Below are positions 8,563-17,717 of a stretch of DNA of 39,376 nucleotides, piece after piece. Every line of letters starts with the position of its first letter. Position 1 is the stretch's first letter. The position numbers were made by a program, and so were the translations under genes. Source of the DNA: Candidatus Brocadiia bacterium (GTDB taxonomy: Bacteria; Planctomycetota; MHYJ01; WSZJ01); NCBI GenBank assembly GCA_013360825.1, contig JABWAY010000002.1:1-39376 (forward strand). Direction: 5' to 3'. Below the pieces are notes generated by a model. It was not told the origin of the DNA. It made no database searches and was given only the letters and a program-made list of their open reading frames with translations.

Positions 8563-10656
8563 ATGCCGTGGGTCCGGCTGCACGGGGTGAAGGACTACTA
8601 CGGGATGCCCGCGATCCTGCGCGAGTTCCCGGGAGTCCGGGCGCATGTCAACCTGGTCCCGGGGCTGATCGTCCAGATCGAGGCGGCCGCGGCGGGTGTG
8701 GGGGACCCCTGGCTCCGTCTCGCCCTGGTTCCGGCGGAGGATCTGCGCGCCGAAGAAAAGCGGGCGATTCTCGAGACGTTCTTCATGGCTCACGAAGCCA
8801 ACATGATCCGGGGTCACGCGCGCTATGCGGACCTGCACGCCCGGGCCCGCGCGGCGGGCTCTCCGGACGCGGTCCGGTTCGACACCGCCGACTGGCGGGA
8901 CCTTCAGGTCTGGCAGACGCTGGCCTGGTTTCATCCCCTCCTGCGGGCGTCGGAGCCCGCGGTCCGCGCCCTGTTCGCAAAGGGCCGGGAGTTCACGGAG
9001 TCCGACAAGCACGCCCTGTTCCGGGTCCAGCGCGAGGTGCTCGCGGGGATCGTCCCGGCGCACAGGGCGATGCAGGACGCCGGCCAGATCGAGGTCACGA
9101 CGACCCCGTTCTGGCACCCCATCCTCCCGCTTCTCTGCAGCATGGAATCCGCGCGCATCGCGATGCCCGGCGTGCGCCTTCCCGCCGGCCCGGGACTCGA
9201 CATGCTCGACGACGCGCGCACGCAGCTCGCGCGGGCCGTGGCGCTCTACCGCGACCGTTTCGGACGCGCTCCGCGCGGGCTGTGGCCGAGCGAGGGGAGT
9301 GTGTCGCCGGGGATGCTGGCGCTGGTGGAGGAGGCGGGGTTCCGGTGGCTGGCGACGGACGAGGGGGTTCTCGAGTCCTCCCTGGGGTCGGATTTCCGGC
9401 GGGGTGTGGACGGCGTGCCGGCGCGCGCGGCGGAACTGTACGCGGCGTGGCGGGTGTCGGCCCGGGTCTCGGCGATCTTCCGCGACCATGCGCTTTCGGA
9501 CCTGGTGGGGTTCGACTACAAGCACGCGGAGGCGGGGGCGGCGGCGGACGACCTGATCGCTCGGATCCGTCGAGCGGGTCAGGCCGGGGGCGAGAATGCG
9601 CTGGTCACGCTCGCCCTGGACGGGGAGAACGCCTGGGAACACTACGCCGGGCTCGGCGTGCCGTTTCTGAGGGCATTCTATGGCCGGCTGCAGGACGCAT
9701 CGGACATCCGGACGGTGCTGATGGAGGAGGAGCTGGCCGCCGATCCACCGGCGCGCACGGTCGGGACGCTCTGGTCGGGGTCCTGGATCGACCGCAACTT
9801 CAGGATCTGGGTCGGGCACCCGGAGGACAACGCGGCCTGGGAACTGCTCGGGCGCGCTCGGGAGACCCTGCTGGAGGCGACGCGCGCGGCCGGACGGGAC
9901 CCGCGCCACGGGCCGGCGCCCGCGCTGCCGTGGAGGGCGGGAGAAGCGCGCACGGGGGCCGACCTGGACCTGGCCTGGGAATCGCTCCTGGCTGCGGAGG
10001 GATCCGACTGGTTCTGGTGGTACGGCGAGGATCATTTCACACCGCTGGCGGGGACCTTCGACGCGGCGTTCCGCGCCCACCTCGCCAACGTCTACTCATT
10101 CGCCGGGAAGCCGGTGCCGGGTTCCCTTTCGAAGCCGATCAAGAGCCGGAGCGTGCAGGCGCGGGCGTGGACGGAGCCGTGGGCGCAGCTCGAGATCCGC
10201 ATCGACGGGCGGCGATCGGATTACTATGAGTGGATCAGCGCGGGTCACTACCACGCGGCCGGGGACCTGGACGTCATGGACCGGACGGGCACGTGGGTCC
10301 GCGACGTCTGGTTCGGATTCGGCCGCGAGGATCTGTTCGTGCGGGTCGACACGAACGGCCCGGCCTCCGCGGGCCTCGCCTCGCGGCAGCTGGCGATCGT
10401 CTTCGTCCACCGCGACGGCTGTGCCGTCACCGTCGGCGCCGGCGGCGCGGTGACCGGGTGCCGGGCCCGCGCGGCCGCGGCCGACATCGTCGAAGTCGCG
10501 ATCCCGCTCCGGGAGATCTCCGATCATCCCGGAGAACTCCTCCAGTTCTACGTCGATGCCGTGGCCGGCCCGGCCGTGCAGCGTGTGCCTGCCCGGCTTC
10601 CGTTTTCCCTCACGGTTCCTCACGACGGGGATGCCCTCGTCAGGTGGATCGTGTGA
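8563..10656 (+). CDS. Glycoside hydrolase family 57 protein (alpha-amylase/4-alpha-glucanotransferase-type); the true N-terminus probably lies upstream, near 8491
   Basis: MPWVRLHGVKDYYGM..NLVPGLIVQ and the downstream regions are GH57-like. The 24 in-frame codons upstream (8491-8562) encode LIRLALLWHQHQPCYLDLRRGEAV, i.e. the conserved GH57 HQHQP block. No ATG/GTG/TTG occurs between the in-frame TGA at 8365 and 8563. Confidence 0.85.
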   Translation: MPWVRLHGVKDYYGMPAILREFPGVRAHVNLVPGLIVQIEAAAAGVGDPWLRLALVPAEDLRAEEKRAILETFFMAHEANMIRGHARYADLHARARAAGSPDAVRFDTADWRDLQVWQTLAWFHPLLRASEPAVRALFAKGREFTESDKHALFRVQREVLAGIVPAHRAMQDAGQIEVTTTPFWHPILPLLCSMESARIAMPGVRLPAGPGLDMLDDARTQLARAVALYRDRFGRAPRGLWPSEGSVSPGMLALVEEAGFRWLATDEGVLESSLGSDFRRGVDGVPARAAELYAAWRVSARVSAIFRDHALSDLVGFDYKHAEAGAAADDLIARIRRAGQAGGENALVTLALDGENAWEHYAGLGVPFLRAFYGRLQDASDIRTVLMEEELAADPPARTVGTLWSGSWIDRNFRIWVGHPEDNAAWELLGRARETLLEATRAAGRDPRHGPAPALPWRAGEARTGADLDLAWESLLAAEGSDWFWWYGEDHFTPLAGTFDAAFRAHLANVYSFAGKPVPGSLSKPIKSRSVQARAWTEPWAQLEIRIDGRRSDYYEWISAGHYHAAGDLDVMDRTGTWVRDVWFGFGREDLFVRVDTNGPASAGLASRQLAIVFVHRDGCAVTVGAGGAVTGCRARAAAADIVEVAIPLREISDHPGELLQFYVDAVAGPAVQRVPARLPFSLTVPHDGDALVRWIV

Positions 10657-10670
10657 TTCCGGGGGTCCGT

Positions 10671-11861
10671 ATGCTCACGCGCGTCTCCATCCTGGCCGTC
10701 CTCCTCGTCCTGTCGATCGCCTGCGAGTCCCGCAGCCAGGGGATCGACCACGACGCCCTTCGCAGGAACCCCCCGGCCGGCGGCGATCCCCTCCCGGATC
10801 TCCGCCTCGCCCCCGCCTGGCCGAACCTCCGCATCGAACGCCCGGTCGCCGTGGTCGAGGCGCCGGACGGGAAGCGGCAGCTGTACGCCGTCTCGCAGGA
10901 AGGCACGATCGTGATGCTGCCCCAGGACTCGGCCGCCCGCGACGCCGCCATCTTCCTCGACATCTCCCGCCGCGTCCTGCGGGACCACAACGAGGAGGGC
11001 CTCCTCTCGCTCGCCTTCCACCCGGACTTCGCGAAGAACGGGCAGTTCTATGTCTGGTACTCCGCGTCCGGACCGCGGCGCCATGTCCTCGCACGATTCA
11101 CGTGCGCGAAGGGCGCGCCGAAGGCGGATCCGTCCTCGGAAAAGGTCCTGATCGAGATCCCCAAGGTCCACGGAAATCACAACGGCTCCACGCTGCTGTT
11201 CGGAGCGGACGGATTTCTCTACTTCAGCGTCGGGGACGGCGGGGCCGCCAACGATCCCCAGAAGCACGGCCAGAATCTCAACTCCTGGTTCGGGAAGATC
11301 CACCGCATCGACGTGAACCGCGAGGAAGGCGGGAAACCGTACGCGGTGCCGAAGGACAACCCGTTCGTCGGGCGCGCGGGAGTGCGGACCGAGATCTGGG
11401 CCTGGGGACTCCGCAACGTCTGGCGGATGTCGTTCGACCGCGAGACCGGCGACCTCTGGGCGGGTGATGTGGGACAGAACGCCTGGGAAGAGATCGACGT
11501 CATCGTGAAGGGGGGGAACTACGGGTGGCGGGTCCGCGAGGGAACCCGCACATTCTCGCGCGACGCGGATCCCGGCGGCCTCATCGGCCCGGTGGTGGAG
11601 TACGGACGGGACGACGGCATGAGCATCACCGGCGGCCACGTCTACCGGGGAAAAGGGATCCCCGCGCTCACCGGCGCCTATCTCTACGCCGATTACGTCA
11701 CCGGGACCGTCTGGGCGATCCGCACCGAAAAAGGGAAGCTGACCGCCTGGAAGGAATGCCTGAAACAGCCGAAGAACATCGCCTCGTTCGGCGAAGACCC
11801 GGACGGCGAGATCCTGGTCTGCTGCTTCGACGGCAGGATCTACCGCCTCGCCGCCCGGTAG
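10671..11861 (+). CDS. PQQ-dependent sugar dehydrogenase (soluble glucose/sorbosone dehydrogenase, GSDH family), secreted
   Basis: ATG at 10671 is residue 148 of track ORF 10230..11861. Signal peptide MLTRVSILAVLLVLSIAC. Family blocks: GLLSLAFHPDF, HNGSTLLFGADGFLYFSVGDGG, GKIHRID, WAWGLRNVWRMSFD, GDVGQNAWEEID. Confidence 0.85.
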   Translation: MLTRVSILAVLLVLSIACESRSQGIDHDALRRNPPAGGDPLPDLRLAPAWPNLRIERPVAVVEAPDGKRQLYAVSQEGTIVMLPQDSAARDAAIFLDISRRVLRDHNEEGLLSLAFHPDFAKNGQFYVWYSASGPRRHVLARFTCAKGAPKADPSSEKVLIEIPKVHGNHNGSTLLFGADGFLYFSVGDGGAANDPQKHGQNLNSWFGKIHRIDVNREEGGKPYAVPKDNPFVGRAGVRTEIWAWGLRNVWRMSFDRETGDLWAGDVGQNAWEEIDVIVKGGNYGWRVREGTRTFSRDADPGGLIGPVVEYGRDDGMSITGGHVYRGKGIPALTGAYLYADYVTGTVWAIRTEKGKLTAWKECLKQPKNIASFGEDPDGEILVCCFDGRIYRLAAR

Positions 11862-11929
11862 TCCCCGTCACCCCCGGCCCGGAAACCGGTGGTACCATTC
11901 CCGCTCTCACCTTTGGACGCACACCCTGA

Positions 11930-12931
11930 ATGCCCGAACTCCGCAAAGACCCCGTCGTCGGCCGCTGGGTGATCATCGCCGCCGAACGCGCCCAGCGCCC
12001 CAATGACTTCAACCCCTCGGTACCCGCGGCCCGCAGCGGCCCCTGCGCATTCTGCGAGGGACACGAGGACGCCACGCCTCCCGAAATCCTCGCCGTCCGC
12101 CCGCCGGGCGGTCCCCCGAACGGCCGCGGATGGAAGGCCCGCGTCGTCCCGAACAAGTTCCCCGCCCTCCGCATCGAGGGCGATCTCGCCAAGCGCGGCC
12201 ACGGACCCTACGACGCCATGAACGGCATCGGAGCGCACGAGGTCGTCATCGAGGGCCCGCAGCATTTCACGAATCTCACCGAACTCCCCGTCTCCGGCAT
12301 CCGCAACGTCCTCTGGCTCTGCCGCGAACGCCTGAGCGATCTCAAGCGGGACACCCGCTTCGCCAGCGCCATCGTCTTCAAGAACCACGGCGCCGCCGCG
12401 GGGGCCACGATGGAACACTCCCACTCCCAGATCATCGCCATGCCGATCGTCCCCCTCCTGGTCGCGGAGGAAATGCGGGGGGCAAAACGCCACTGGGAGT
12501 ACCACGACCGCTGCCTGTTCTGCGACATCGTCGACAACGAACGCCAGATGAAGGAACGCCTCGTCATCGACGATCCCGAATTCGTCGCCCTCGAGCCCTT
12601 CGCCAGCCGCTTCGCCTTCGAAACCTGGATCCTCCCGCGCCGCCACTCCGAACGCTTCGAGGAAATCCCCGACGTCCGCCTGGGAGAACTCGCCCAGATC
12701 CTGAGGGGGACGCTCCGCCGGATCGAGAGCGCTCTGTCGCAGCCGGCGTACAACCTCGTCATTCACACGACGCCCTTCGACACGAAAGAGGCGCCGTGGT
12801 ATCACTGGCATATCGAGATCATTCCGCGGGTGACCAAAGTTGCCGGGTTCGAATGGGGAAGCGGGTTCTACATCAATACCGTGCCCCCGGAAGAGGCCGC
12901 GCGGTACCTGCGGGAAGTCGGGGAGGCGTGA
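11930..12931 (+). CDS. galT: Galactose-1-phosphate uridylyltransferase-family (class I GalT / HIT) nucleotidyltransferase; possibly ADP/UDP-glucose phosphorylase-like
   Basis: 333 aa. It has the CAFCEGHE zinc site and the HSHSQ (HxHxQ) catalytic motif, plus PELRKDPVVGRWVIIA and NKFPAL blocks typical of GalT. Confidence 0.85.
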   Translation: MPELRKDPVVGRWVIIAAERAQRPNDFNPSVPAARSGPCAFCEGHEDATPPEILAVRPPGGPPNGRGWKARVVPNKFPALRIEGDLAKRGHGPYDAMNGIGAHEVVIEGPQHFTNLTELPVSGIRNVLWLCRERLSDLKRDTRFASAIVFKNHGAAAGATMEHSHSQIIAMPIVPLLVAEEMRGAKRHWEYHDRCLFCDIVDNERQMKERLVIDDPEFVALEPFASRFAFETWILPRRHSERFEEIPDVRLGELAQILRGTLRRIESALSQPAYNLVIHTTPFDTKEAPWYHWHIEIIPRVTKVAGFEWGSGFYINTVPPEEAARYLREVGEA

Positions 12932-12963
12932 TCCGTCCCTGAGCCGGCGACCGGGAGAGATCC

Positions 12964-14394
12964 GTGTTTGTGCTGCAGGCCTCATCGGAAGTCCACCCGT
13001 TCGCCCGCACCGGCGGGCTGGGGGACGTCGTGGGCAGCATTCTCCGCCCGCTGGCGAAGCTGGGGCACCGGGTCGCGGCGGCGATGCCGTACTACCGTGC
13101 GATCCGGGCGGCGCACCCGGATCTGAAGCAGGTCGCGGCCTTCGAAATTCCCTGCGGGGAAACGCGGCGCCGCGTCGCCGTCCGGCGGCTCGAGCTCCCG
13201 GCGCCGGCCGTCACCGTCTACTGCATCGACGAACCCGGTCTGTTCGACCGCGATGGACTGTACGGCTCCGGCCGCGGCGACTACGCCGACAATGCCGAGC
13301 GCTTTTCGCTGTTCAGCCGCGCCGTCCTGGAGCTGATCGTCGCCCTGAAGCTCCCCGTCGACGTGATCCACGCGCACGACTGGCAGGCGGCCCTGATCCC
13401 GGTCTACCTGAAGGCCGGCGCCGGCGCGCGCCCCGAACTCGCGCGGATCCGGACGCTCCTGACCATCCACAACATCGCCTACCAGGGAGTCTTCCCGTCG
13501 CACTTCATGAATGTCGCCGGGCTCGACTGGTCGCTGTTCAACTGGAAGGCGATCGAGTACTGGGGGCAGATGAACTTCCTCAAGGGCGGGCTGGTGTTCG
13601 CGGACCGCCTGACGACGGTCTCCCCGCAGTACGCGAAGGAGATCCAGACCCAGGAGTTCGGATCCGGTCTGGAAGGTGTGCTGCAGGACCGCGCACGGGA
13701 CCTCAGCGGCATCCTGAACGGCGTGGACATGGAGGAGTGGAACCCGGCGAAGGACCGGCGGATTCCGGCGCGCTACTCCGCGTCCAGTCTGAAGGGAAAG
13801 GCGGCCTGCCGCGCCGGGCTGCGCCGGAAGCTCGGTCTGGCGGAGACGCAGGCGCCGCTGTTCGGGATCGTCTCGCGGCTGGTGGAGCAGAAGGGGATCG
13901 ACCTGCTGGCGGCGCTGATCGGGGACCTGGTCGCGACCGAGTCGCAGCTGGTCGTCCTGGGGCAGGGGGAGGACTGGATCCAGCGCACGCTGGTGGACGC
14001 CGCGCGGCGCTGGCCCTCTCACGTCGCGGTGCGGACGGCGTTTGACGACACGCTGGCGCACGAGATCGTCGCCGGTTCCGATGCGACGGTCATGCCGAGC
14101 CGGTGGGAGCCGTGCGGGCTGTCGCAGCTCTACTCGCAGCTGTACGGGACGGTTCCGGTCGTCCGGCGGACCGGAGGGCTCGCGGACACGGTCCGGGACG
14201 GCGTCACCGGCTTCGTGTTCGACGCGGCCACCCCGGGCGGGCTGTTCGGGGCGCTGCGGCGGGCGATTGAGACTTTCCGGAAGCCGGAACTCTGGAGCTC
14301 TCTCGTCCAGGCGTGCATGAAGCTGGACTGGTCCTGGGACCGCAGCGCGCGGGACTACGCCGCGCTCTACGATTCGCTTCAGGCCACGCGATGA
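12964..14394 (+). CDS. glgA: Glycogen/starch synthase (GT5)
   Basis: GTG start lies after GGGAGAG. SEVHPFARTGGLGDVVGSI carries the K/R-TGGL motif. Length (476 aa) and C-terminal blocks (PSRWEPCGLSQLYSQLYGTVPVVRRTGGLADTV) are typical of GlgA. Confidence 0.9.
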   Translation: MFVLQASSEVHPFARTGGLGDVVGSILRPLAKLGHRVAAAMPYYRAIRAAHPDLKQVAAFEIPCGETRRRVAVRRLELPAPAVTVYCIDEPGLFDRDGLYGSGRGDYADNAERFSLFSRAVLELIVALKLPVDVIHAHDWQAALIPVYLKAGAGARPELARIRTLLTIHNIAYQGVFPSHFMNVAGLDWSLFNWKAIEYWGQMNFLKGGLVFADRLTTVSPQYAKEIQTQEFGSGLEGVLQDRARDLSGILNGVDMEEWNPAKDRRIPARYSASSLKGKAACRAGLRRKLGLAETQAPLFGIVSRLVEQKGIDLLAALIGDLVATESQLVVLGQGEDWIQRTLVDAARRWPSHVAVRTAFDDTLAHEIVAGSDATVMPSRWEPCGLSQLYSQLYGTVPVVRRTGGLADTVRDGVTGFVFDAATPGGLFGALRRAIETFRKPELWSSLVQACMKLDWSWDRSARDYAALYDSLQATR

Positions 14395-15002
14395 ACTCCT
14401 CAGACCTCCCCGCCGGTTTTCCGGAGGGCCAGGAACCTGCCCACGAGGAACGGCGGCTTCCCGGGCCGGCACAGCCTGCCGGGATCTGGCTCGACTGGGG
14501 TCCGCCGCTCCCGTCCGGATACGGGCAGGACCGCTGCACGCTGATGATCCGCGATCCCTGGTGTCTTTTCGCCTACTGGGAACTCCTCGGGCCGCACGGC
14601 TCCTCCCTTCCCGCGCTGTACGGACCGGGCGTCTTCGAGGAGTCGCAGTGGAGGCTCCGCGTCTTCGCGGGGGACGTCCTGCGCGAGGATGTTCCGGCCG
14701 CCCATCCCGCCGGTACCCGCTACGTTGCGGTCCATCCGGGGGAGACCTGCCGTGCCGAGATCGGCCTCCTGGGTCCCGGCGACCGCTGGGTCGTCGTCGC
14801 CTCCTCCGCGACCGTCCGCACCCCGCGCACGTCGCCCGCGCCGGTGGTCGACGACGGGTGGACGGTGTCCGAGAGCGCGATGTTCGCGCAACTCGGCCTG
14901 TCGCCGGAGGACGCCGCGCGGCGGCTCGGGCAGCTGCCGGCCGGCGGCCGCCCCGGTTACGAACCGCCCCGGCCCGGGGAAAGTTCGCCGTCCGCGGGAT
15001 AG
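14391..15002 (+). CDS. DUF4912-like protein (glycogen-cluster associated)
   Basis: ATG 14391 overlaps the glgA stop (ATGA). LMIRDPWCLFAYWEL resembles the DUF4912 signature, and the family is commonly found next to GH57/glgA genes. Confidence 0.65.
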   Translation: MNSSDLPAGFPEGQEPAHEERRLPGPAQPAGIWLDWGPPLPSGYGQDRCTLMIRDPWCLFAYWELLGPHGSSLPALYGPGVFEESQWRLRVFAGDVLREDVPAAHPAGTRYVAVHPGETCRAEIGLLGPGDRWVVVASSATVRTPRTSPAPVVDDGWTVSESAMFAQLGLSPEDAARRLGQLPAGGRPGYEPPRPGESSPSAG

Positions 15003-15057
15003 CGCGGGGACCCGATTTCCCCTCGCAGCCCCGCGGAGTTCCCCGTAGGCTGGCCCC

Positions 15058-16089
15058 ATGCGATCCCTCCTCCTCCTGGCCGCCCTCGCGGTCTGCCCCG
15101 GATGCCTGATCAACCGCTGGTCGGCCTCCGCCGACGGTCGCCTCCTGGCCGCATTCACCAGGACCGCCGTGGTCGTCACCGGCCCGGATCTGGACCGGCT
15201 CGAGCACTGGCCGGCGGCGGAACGGCCGGCGATCGTGGAAATCTCCCCGAACGGCCGCTGGATCGTCTACAACACCGACAAGGCCTCGGGCCTGTGGCTG
15301 ATCGACAGAGAAAAGAAAACATCGGTCCAGGTCGGAACCGGGGCTGACTTCACGCTCCATACCCCCTGGTCCCCCGATTCGACCCGCTTCGCCTTCTGCG
15401 AACACCGCGAGACCGACCCGGGACAGTTCGGGCGCCTCCGCATCCACAACGTCCTCACCGGGGAAACCCTCACCGCGCTCGAGTGCGGCGCCCCCATGAC
15501 ATCCTGGTCCCCCTCCGGCCAGTCCCTCTTCACCCTCGCTCCCGATCTCGGCCCCGCCGCACGCGAACACGTCACCGGCACCCTCGTCCGGTGGACCGGC
15601 GACGGCGTCGACAAGCTCGCCTCCGTCGCCCTCGTCTCCTTCCTCCATGCCCTCGACGACTCGCAGGCCCTCTTCACGACCGCCACCCTCACCATCCCGT
15701 TCGCCTTCGAGGAGGACACCCTCAAGAAGGCCCGCTACGCCCTCTTCCGCGCCTCCGTCCGGGGCACCAGCGTCACCCGCCTCGCCGACGGCGTCGGCTG
15801 GTTTTCGATGTCCCCGGATGGAAAGCGCCTCATCGCCTGGGTCCTGGAAAAGGACGGCGAGGACCCGCCGATCCGGCTGGAACTCTTCGACCGCGACGGA
15901 ACCTCTCTCCGCGTGCTCCTCCCCTCCGCCGGATATCACCCCCGCGAGGCCCTCGTCCCGCTCTGGCAGGATTCGAAACGCGTCCTCGTCCCGATCGGTC
16001 CCCCGGACCGGCCGGAGCTGAAGCGGATCGACGTGGAGACGGGGACATCCGAGGATCTCTCCGCGAAGGAGGCCGCGTGGTCGCGCTAG
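15058..16089 (+). CDS. Secreted TolB-like/WD40-like (PD40) beta-propeller protein
   Basis: Signal peptide MRSLLLLAALAVCPGC. Repeated PD40-type units are present: SPNGRWIVY, WSPDSTRFAF, WSPSGQSLF, MSPDGKRLIAW. Confidence 0.7.
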   Translation: MRSLLLLAALAVCPGCLINRWSASADGRLLAAFTRTAVVVTGPDLDRLEHWPAAERPAIVEISPNGRWIVYNTDKASGLWLIDREKKTSVQVGTGADFTLHTPWSPDSTRFAFCEHRETDPGQFGRLRIHNVLTGETLTALECGAPMTSWSPSGQSLFTLAPDLGPAAREHVTGTLVRWTGDGVDKLASVALVSFLHALDDSQALFTTATLTIPFAFEEDTLKKARYALFRASVRGTSVTRLADGVGWFSMSPDGKRLIAWVLEKDGEDPPIRLELFDRDGTSLRVLLPSAGYHPREALVPLWQDSKRVLVPIGPPDRPELKRIDVETGTSEDLSAKEAAWSR

Positions 16090-16120
16090 CCGGGGCCGGA
16101 AGCAGCCGGGAGCCCGCCTC

Positions 16121-16624
16121 GTGCCCTGGCTGATCGCCGCCGCGGCGGCACTCCTCTGGGGACTCTGGACGCTGGCGCCCTGGTTCCGGCGCGGCGCCGC
16201 GACCGATCACAGGGAACGCCACGGGTCCTCCGTCGTCTCGATCCAGGAGATCACTCTCGGCAACGCCCCGCCGAATCTCGCCGAGCGCTACTTCCGCCGC
16301 CTGCCGCGCTTCGGCGGCTGGCTCCTGTGGCAGACGCGCTGGAAGGAGTCCGGGCCGTCGGTCGTCTTCTTCGGGATCCCGCTCATCCGGTTCGGCGCGC
16401 TGCGCCGCGACGCCGACCGGGAGACGCTGACGGTCGCGCGCGCCGCGTTCTCGCGCCACGGGGGAACGCTGTCCTTCGTCCGCGCCGGCGGACGGGTCCG
16501 GATCGAGCTCCGCGGTTTCCGTCCCAGGCTGTTCATGCCCCTCTACTGGCACCTTCAGCTTCCCGTTCACGCGGCGATGAGCCGCGCGTTCCTGTGCTGG
16601 CTCTCGAGGAGACCCGCGTCATGA
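16121..16624 (+). CDS. Hypothetical protein with N-terminal membrane anchor
   Basis: GTG-initiated track ORF of 167 aa with high GC3. Its stop overlaps the next ATG (ATGA at 16621-16624). I recognise no family. Confidence 0.5.
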   Translation: MPWLIAAAAALLWGLWTLAPWFRRGAATDHRERHGSSVVSIQEITLGNAPPNLAERYFRRLPRFGGWLLWQTRWKESGPSVVFFGIPLIRFGALRRDADRETLTVARAAFSRHGGTLSFVRAGGRVRIELRGFRPRLFMPLYWHLQLPVHAAMSRAFLCWLSRRPAS

Positions 16625-17031
16625 CGGACAGCACCGCGGAGTACGCCCGACTGGTCCCGTTTCTACCCGTGACGGATGTGGCGTCGGCGCTGAGTTTCTA
16701 CGAAGCGGTCTTCGGGCTGTCCCGGACGAATCTGAACACGCAGGACGGGAGGATCGTGCACGCCGAGCTGCGGGACGGGGAAAGGGTCGTGCTCATGCTG
16801 GCGCCCGAAGGAATCCATTCGCCGGCCAGCCGCGCCCCCGCCGCGGGCGGCGGCGTGTCCCCGACGGAGATCCAGATCCGGGTCGACGATGCCGGGCGGG
16901 CCTGGGATACGGCCCTCTCACACGGCGCCAGAGGAGAGCGACCGCCGCGTGACGTCCCCTGGGGGGAGCGGCATGCGCACATCATCGATCCCGACGGGCA
17001 CCGCTGGCTTCTCTCCCAGGTCCTGCGCTGA
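16621..17031 (+). CDS. VOC-family (glyoxalase/bleomycin-resistance/dioxygenase) protein
   Basis: ATG at 16621 is residue 99 of track ORF 16327..17031. LVPFLPVTDVASALSFYEAVFG...HAEL...WGERHAHIIDPDGHRWLL shows typical VOC blocks. Confidence 0.8.
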   Translation: MTDSTAEYARLVPFLPVTDVASALSFYEAVFGLSRTNLNTQDGRIVHAELRDGERVVLMLAPEGIHSPASRAPAAGGGVSPTEIQIRVDDAGRAWDTALSHGARGERPPRDVPWGERHAHIIDPDGHRWLLSQVLR

Positions 17032-17048
17032 CGCCCGCCGCCCCCGGA

Positions 17049-17717
17049 TCAGACCGCGGGCGGCCCTCCTTCGCCGTCGTCACCGCAGGCGCCGCACGCC
17101 ATTTCGTCCGAGCTCTCGATCCCGTCGAGTTCATCCTCCGTCAGCCTGCGGCCGCCGACGAGCGCCAGCAGCCGCTCGGCCAGGGTCGTCCACGCGTCCA
17201 CCGGACACGCCGCCAGACGGGTGGCCATCCCCCCCGCGACGACCGACAGGTGGTCCTCGAAGAACTTCTCCCGCGCGGCGCGGGTGATCCCCGCGGCGTC
17301 CCCATCCCCGCGCGCCAGCGCGTAGGCCTCCTTCAGCCACAGGTACGCCGCGAAACCCGTCTCCGAGGCGACATGATCCGGCGGCTCCCCGGACACAGGC
17401 CGGAACCCGAACGCTTCGTACAGGTGCCCCGCCTCCGCCATCGCCCGCGCGGGGTCGCGGCGGCCGATGTAGGCCGCCTCCCGCGGGGATGCCGGTCCCC
17501 CCGGCCCGAACAGCGAGTCGTAGTCGGGAGATTCGATCGCCAGCAGCGTCCCGGCGGTCTTCCGGAGTTCCGGGACGCCGCTCTCCGCGACCAGCGCCGC
17601 ACCGTGCCGGCTTCGCGACTCCGAGGGGCGCTCGAAAAGCAGGCCGATGAGGCGGAATTCGGCCGCCTGCTGCAGAGCCGCCCGCGTCGCGGCGTCCTCC
17701 AGGATGTCCGTGCTCAT
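17049..17717 (-). CDS. TorD/NarJ/DmsD-family redox-enzyme maturation chaperone (delta subunit of the molybdoenzyme)
   Basis: ATG at 17717 overlaps the stop of the gamma gene (ATGA). It is 222 aa, with the AAEFRLIGLLFERP...LFGPGG...PREAAY..LYEAFGF pattern of TorD-like chaperones. It is the last gene of the operon. Confidence 0.8.
   Translation of the reverse strand: MSTDILEDAATRAALQQAAEFRLIGLLFERPSESRSRHGAALVAESGVPELRKTAGTLLAIESPDYDSLFGPGGPASPREAAYIGRRDPARAMAEAGHLYEAFGFRPVSGEPPDHVASETGFAAYLWLKEAYALARGDGDAAGITRAAREKFFEDHLSVVAGGMATRLAACPVDAWTTLAERLLALVGGRRLTEDELDGIESSDEMACGACGDDGEGGPPAV

Noticed and set aside
12982-15939. 985-aa minus-strand ORF across glgA, DUF4912 and the beta-propeller gene.
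   Set aside because: Same reasoning as above: it is antisense to well-supported genes and has extreme Arg/Gly/Pro composition.
17033-17061. GCCCGC...GCGGGC inverted repeat between the convergent VOC and chaperone genes, considered as a bidirectional terminator.
   Set aside because: It has only a 6-bp stem with a 17-nt loop and no U-tract, and it overlaps the chaperone coding end. This is too weak to call.
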